Origin: an uncultured delta proteobacterium
GTDB lineage: Bacteria > Desulfobacterota > Binatia > DP-6
NCBI GenBank assembly: GCA_963815115.1
Contig: CAWFFN010000005.1
Span: 1,504,001-1,568,000, forward strand
Reading direction: 5' to 3'
Length of the DNA: 64,000 bases
Shown here: in pieces, positions 59,787 to 64,000 of the stretch
Layout: the number at the start of each line of letters is the position of its first letter
Numbering within the stretch: position 1 is the stretch's first letter
The notes under the pieces: model-generated
Database searches by the model: none
What the model was told of the DNA's origin: nothing
The model's input: the letters and a program-made list of their open reading frames with translations, nothing else
Translations under genes and position numbers: made by a program

Positions 59787-62630
59787 GTGATCACACCGCG
59801 CGAGTTTCCCAAGCGCTTCGACTACGCCGAAGCCGAGCCCCGTATCTACCAGCGATGGCTCGACGCGCAGGCCTTCCGTACGGCCTGGGACTCCGAAGGG
59901 CGCTCGGTCGATCCCGACCGCAAGACCGCGCGGCCATTCACGATCGTGATCCCGCCCCCGAACATCACGGGCCGGCTCCACCTCGGACACGCGCTCAACA
60001 ACTCCGTGCAGGACGTGCTGATCCGCTACAAGCGCATGGACGGCTTCGACGCGCTGTGGATCCCGGGCACCGACCACGCAGGGATCGCGACGCAGTCGGT
60101 GGTGAAGAAGCAGCTCGACGCCGAAGGGATCGACTATCGCGCGCTCGGACGCGAAGCGTTCGTCGATCGGATCTGGCAGTGGCGCAGCCAATACGGCAAC
60201 GCGATCCTCGAGCAGCTGAAGCGCATGGGTTGCTCGTGCGACTGGTCGCGCACGCGCTTCACCATGGACGAGCGCTTGAACCTCGCCGTGCGCCAAGCGT
60301 TCGTCCAGCTCTACCGTGAAGGGCTGATCTACCGCGGCAAGCGGATCGTGAACTGGTGCCCGGTGGATCAGACCGCGCTGTCGGACGACGAGGTGGAGAA
60401 GGAAGAAGAGAAGGGGAAGATGTTCTACATCCGCTACCCCTTTGCGGAAGAATCGGGACACCTCGTGGTGGCGACGACGCGGCCCGAGACCCTCTTCGGC
60501 GACGTCGCGGTCGCGATCCACCCCGAGAACGAGAACCTCAAGCAGCACATCGGCAAGAAGCTCCGGCTCCCGCTGCAGGGTCGCATCATCCCGGTGATCG
60601 CGGACGAGCACGCGGATCCGACCAAGGGCACAGGCGCCGTGAAGATTACTCCCGCGCACGATCCGAACGACTTCGAGGTCGGGCTACGCCATGGGCTCCC
60701 GCAGATCGACGTCATGAACGTCGACGCGACGATGAACGACGTCCCGCCCGAGAAGTACCGCGGGAAGAACCGGTACGAGGCCCGGAAGATCGCGCTCGCG
60801 GAGCTCGAGGAGCAAGGGCTGCTCGAGAAGATCGAAGACCACATGATGGCGATCGGCCGCAGCTACCGGAGCAAGCAGCCGATCGAGTTCCGGCTGTCCG
60901 ATCAGTGGTTCGTGAAGATGGAGCCGCTCGCGGCGAAGGCGCTCGAGGCCAGCGGGTTCGTGAAGCAAGGCGGCGAGTGGACGAAGAAGCCCGGGGCCGG
61001 CGAGCTCACGCTCCACCCCGAGTACCTCGAGAAGACGTACTTCCAGTGGCTCGCCAACATCAAAGACTGGTGCATCAGCCGCCAGATCTGGTGGGGCCAC
61101 CGGATCCCCGCCTGGTTCCACGTCGATACTGGCGAGATCCTCGTCGACGTCGACATGCCGGAGCGCGCGAAGGCGGAGCCCGCGAAGTGGCGCCAGGACG
61201 AGGACGTGCTCGACACTTGGTTCTCCAGCTGGCTCTGGCCGATGAGCACGCTCGGCTGGCCGGAGAAAACGCCGGACCTCGAGCGCTACTATCCGACGAG
61301 CGTCCTCTCCACCGCGAAGGACATCCTCTTCTTCTGGGTCGCGCGCATGAACTTCGCCGGCCTCGAGTTCTCGGGGAAGTTGCCTTACCGCGACGTGTAC
61401 CTCCACTCGACGCTCGCGGACGAAGAAGGTCAGACCATGTCGAAGTCGAAGGGCAACGGCTTCGACCCCATGGTGCTGATCGAAGGCGGCAATCTGGAGA
61501 AGCTCAAGGAGCCGGTGATGTCCGCGCGCCCCTCGGACATGAAGCGGCGCTTGGAGAAGATCGAGAAGACGTTCCCCAACGGGTTCGAGGCCGTGGGCGC
61601 CGACGCCATGCGCTGGACGCTGATCTACTCGATCACCGAGGGCGAGCACGTTCGCCTCTCGCTGTCCCGCTTCACCGAGGGCAGGAACTTCGTGACCAAG
61701 CTCTGGAACGGCGCGGGCCGGATCATCACCGCGCTCGAGGCGGAGACCTCGCGAGGACCGATCGCCGAGCCGACGGACGAGGACCTCTGGATCCTCGCGC
61801 GCACCGACTCCACGATCCGCGCCGTCCGCGACGGCCTCGACCGCTTCGACTTCGGCCGCGCTGCGCAGGAGCTCTACCACTACGTCTGGGACGACTTCTG
61901 CTCCTGGGCGCTCGAGCTCTCGAAGACGCGACTTCAGAGCCCCGATCAGAAGGTTCGCCTCGGCGTGCTCTCCACCATGGGCACGGTCCTCGCCGACATG
62001 CTGCGCATGCTCCACCCGATCGTCCCGTTCGTGACCGAGGAGCTGTGGAGTCGCGTCGCGCCGCTCATGACGCACCTCGAGCTCTGGAAGGGCGAGCGTC
62101 CGGACTCGGAGCTCCTGATCCGCGAGCGGTTTCCCAAACCCCGGCGGGCGCCCCAGCCGGAGATCGAAGAGCGCTTCGCGATCCTGCAGCGCTTCGTCAT
62201 GGCCGTCCGCAGCCTGCGCGCGCAGTCGAACATCAAAGACAGCGATCGCATCGTGGTCCACGTGAAGCCGATCCACCCCGCTGCCCGCGCGATGCTCGAG
62301 CAAGCGAAGGGCTCGGTCATGTTTCTCGCCAAGCTCGAAGCGATCGAGTTCGTCGAAGCCAAGGCCAAGGGCATGGCGGTCCAGATCGATCCCGCGTTCG
62401 AGGCCTACGTCGATCTCGCGAAGTACATCGACATCAAGGTCGAGCTCGAACGCCTCGCCAAGTTGATCGCGCAGAAGGAGAAGGAGCGCGACGCCAACAA
62501 GAAGAAGCTCGAGAACCCGAGCTTCGCGGATCGCGCACCGCCCGAGACGGTGAAGGAGGCGCGCGACAAGGTGGCGGAGGCGGAAGACACGATCGCGAAG
62601 CTGCGCGCGACGAGGGACAACCTTCAGTAA
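59787..62630 (+). CDS. valS: Valine--tRNA ligase
   Basis: PPPNITGRLHLGH (HIGH), PGTDHAGIATQ, TTRPET, WCISRQIWWGH, DTWFSS, MSKS; coiled-coil tail. Confidence 0.96.
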   Translation: MITPREFPKRFDYAEAEPRIYQRWLDAQAFRTAWDSEGRSVDPDRKTARPFTIVIPPPNITGRLHLGHALNNSVQDVLIRYKRMDGFDALWIPGTDHAGIATQSVVKKQLDAEGIDYRALGREAFVDRIWQWRSQYGNAILEQLKRMGCSCDWSRTRFTMDERLNLAVRQAFVQLYREGLIYRGKRIVNWCPVDQTALSDDEVEKEEEKGKMFYIRYPFAEESGHLVVATTRPETLFGDVAVAIHPENENLKQHIGKKLRLPLQGRIIPVIADEHADPTKGTGAVKITPAHDPNDFEVGLRHGLPQIDVMNVDATMNDVPPEKYRGKNRYEARKIALAELEEQGLLEKIEDHMMAIGRSYRSKQPIEFRLSDQWFVKMEPLAAKALEASGFVKQGGEWTKKPGAGELTLHPEYLEKTYFQWLANIKDWCISRQIWWGHRIPAWFHVDTGEILVDVDMPERAKAEPAKWRQDEDVLDTWFSSWLWPMSTLGWPEKTPDLERYYPTSVLSTAKDILFFWVARMNFAGLEFSGKLPYRDVYLHSTLADEEGQTMSKSKGNGFDPMVLIEGGNLEKLKEPVMSARPSDMKRRLEKIEKTFPNGFEAVGADAMRWTLIYSITEGEHVRLSLSRFTEGRNFVTKLWNGAGRIITALEAETSRGPIAEPTDEDLWILARTDSTIRAVRDGLDRFDFGRAAQELYHYVWDDFCSWALELSKTRLQSPDQKVRLGVLSTMGTVLADMLRMLHPIVPFVTEELWSRVAPLMTHLELWKGERPDSELLIRERFPKPRRAPQPEIEERFAILQRFVMAVRSLRAQSNIKDSDRIVVHVKPIHPAARAMLEQAKGSVMFLAKLEAIEFVEAKAKGMAVQIDPAFEAYVDLAKYIDIKVELERLAKLIAQKEKERDANKKKLENPSFADRAPPETVKEARDKVAEAEDTIAKLRATRDNLQ

Positions 62631-62784
62631 TCACCCCTCCGTTTCGTCGAACTCCAACTCCGCGTCCGCGCGATGTTGCCCCGCCACCGTCGTCGCGCGC
62701 AGGCGAGGTCCACCGCGCGGAGAGTCCGAGCTGAAAGGGCGGCGCTCGGTGGCTCGGGCTGTTCGTCTTCGTGCTGCTGCAAGG

Positions 62785-63957
62785 TCACAGGATGCGGGCC
62801 AGACGCGGGACGCGACGGATCACGTCGGACAGCGCGAAGGTCGAGCTCACCGCGAGCACGCAGAGGACGGGAAACCGGAGGAGCGGATCGACGGGTATCC
62901 GGGCGACGAGCGCGGTGCCGCAGACGACGGGGAACGGATGGATGATGTAGGCGGTATAGGCGCTGCGCGCCATCCGCCGGGCCAGCCCTCCCTGCGTTGC
63001 GAAGCGCTCGCGAAACAGCACCAGCAGCCAGAGGCTGATCGCGACGCAGAGCCAGGGCTCCCACATCGCGTAGGCCAGCGCGGGAAGGTTCCAGCCCCCG
63101 TTGACGGCGTCGGGGCCGCCCCCGAGGAAGACCGCGACCAGAAAGGCCAGGCTCGCGATCCGGGCCGCCCGTCCCCAGAACCGCACCTGCGCACGATCGA
63201 GCCGGGCGAGCCAGCCGTTGCCGTGCGCCCAGACGCCGAACACGAAGAACGCGACGTAGAGCGGGAAGTAGCCGAGCTGGAGACCGAGGATGCTCCATCC
63301 CGTGGGGAAGACGAGGCGCACGACGAAGGCGAGCCCGCCGATCGCCAGCACGAAGCCGAGGATCGTGAGGGTGTCGGGGAAGGGTCGCGTTCCGGTCCGC
63401 TCGCGCTCGCGCCCGGACGCGACGCGGAGCCCCGCATAGATCGACCCGAAGACGAGCAGGGCGAGCACGAACCAGAGAGGGCCGGTTCCTACCGTGCTCG
63501 GGTAGTCCTGGCCGACGAACGCGAGGGGGCCGTCCACGCTGCCCTGCAGGCGGGCGACCAGGAAGACGAGGAGCGGATTCAGGACGAAGAAGTAGACGAC
63601 GAGCGGGATGCCGAGACGCGCGAGCCGGTCGCGCAGAAAGGGCCAGGGCCCCTTGGCGTCGTAGGACGCGGGCGTGACGTAGCCGGAGATCGCGAAGAAG
63701 AGGCTCATGAAGAAGGCCTGGTTCACCGCGGTGAAGAGCGTGAGGGCCGCCGGTGCGGCACTGCCGGGCGGCGGCGGGAGCACGTAGTACCATCCGCCCG
63801 ACGCACCCAGGGCGACGGCGGAATGATGGCAGATCACGAGCCCGGTGAGGAAGGTGCGGAGGTTGTCGAGGTAGAGGAGGCGCTCGCGTGCGGGCGCCGG
63901 CGAGTCGTGCGGGGGACGGGCAGCGGTCGGTGTGGTCGCAGGCGCGCCCGCTATCAT
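62785..63957 (-). CDS. Acyltransferase family 3 (OpgC/MdoC-like) membrane protein
   Basis: RLLYLDNLR, FFMSLFFAISGY, RLARLGIP, GPLWF, YIIH. Confidence 0.9.
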   Translation of the reverse strand: MIAGAPATTPTAARPPHDSPAPARERLLYLDNLRTFLTGLVICHHSAVALGASGGWYYVLPPPPGSAAPAALTLFTAVNQAFFMSLFFAISGYVTPASYDAKGPWPFLRDRLARLGIPLVVYFFVLNPLLVFLVARLQGSVDGPLAFVGQDYPSTVGTGPLWFVLALLVFGSIYAGLRVASGRERERTGTRPFPDTLTILGFVLAIGGLAFVVRLVFPTGWSILGLQLGYFPLYVAFFVFGVWAHGNGWLARLDRAQVRFWGRAARIASLAFLVAVFLGGGPDAVNGGWNLPALAYAMWEPWLCVAISLWLLVLFRERFATQGGLARRMARSAYTAYIIHPFPVVCGTALVARIPVDPLLRFPVLCVLAVSSTFALSDVIRRVPRLARIL

Positions 63958-64000
63958 GCGAACACGTTGTCTTAGTGACTGGCTGCTGTCAATGTCTGAC

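Overview
This is high-GC (~70%, estimated by eye) bacterial DNA. The Thr-linker, Cys/Lys-rich modular secreted proteins suggest Candidatus Binatia or a relative (inference). The window is accessory-type, with about 50 genes: many secreted or surface proteins (3 collagen-like paralogs, a G8/CEMIP-like giant, an FG-GAP protein, a pentapeptide-repeat protein, an animal-type heme peroxidase), hydrolases, redox/detox enzymes (3 GSTs, a DsbA/kappa GST, GFA, AKR, nitroreductase), a wHTH-AAA-TPR regulator, one intact IS1380 with two internally deleted remnants, and valS. I saw no rRNA, tRNA or CRISPR array. Most notable: (1) a tightly coupled 4-gene operon at 735-3634 encoding an eCIS/DUF4157-style leader effector, a partner protein and a pair of YkgJ/CxxCxxCC paralogs; (2) a modular collagen family with a shared Cys/Lys N-terminal knob and swapped C-terminal heads, lying beside ECM-like enzymes; (3) a 30-bp triple-heptamer motif shared by two unlinked secreted-protein genes; (4) head-to-head fusions of 5'-truncated genes and microhomology deletion scars. 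Four 1-bp frameshifts probably reflect sequencing indels. All product calls come from motif recognition, not database searches.
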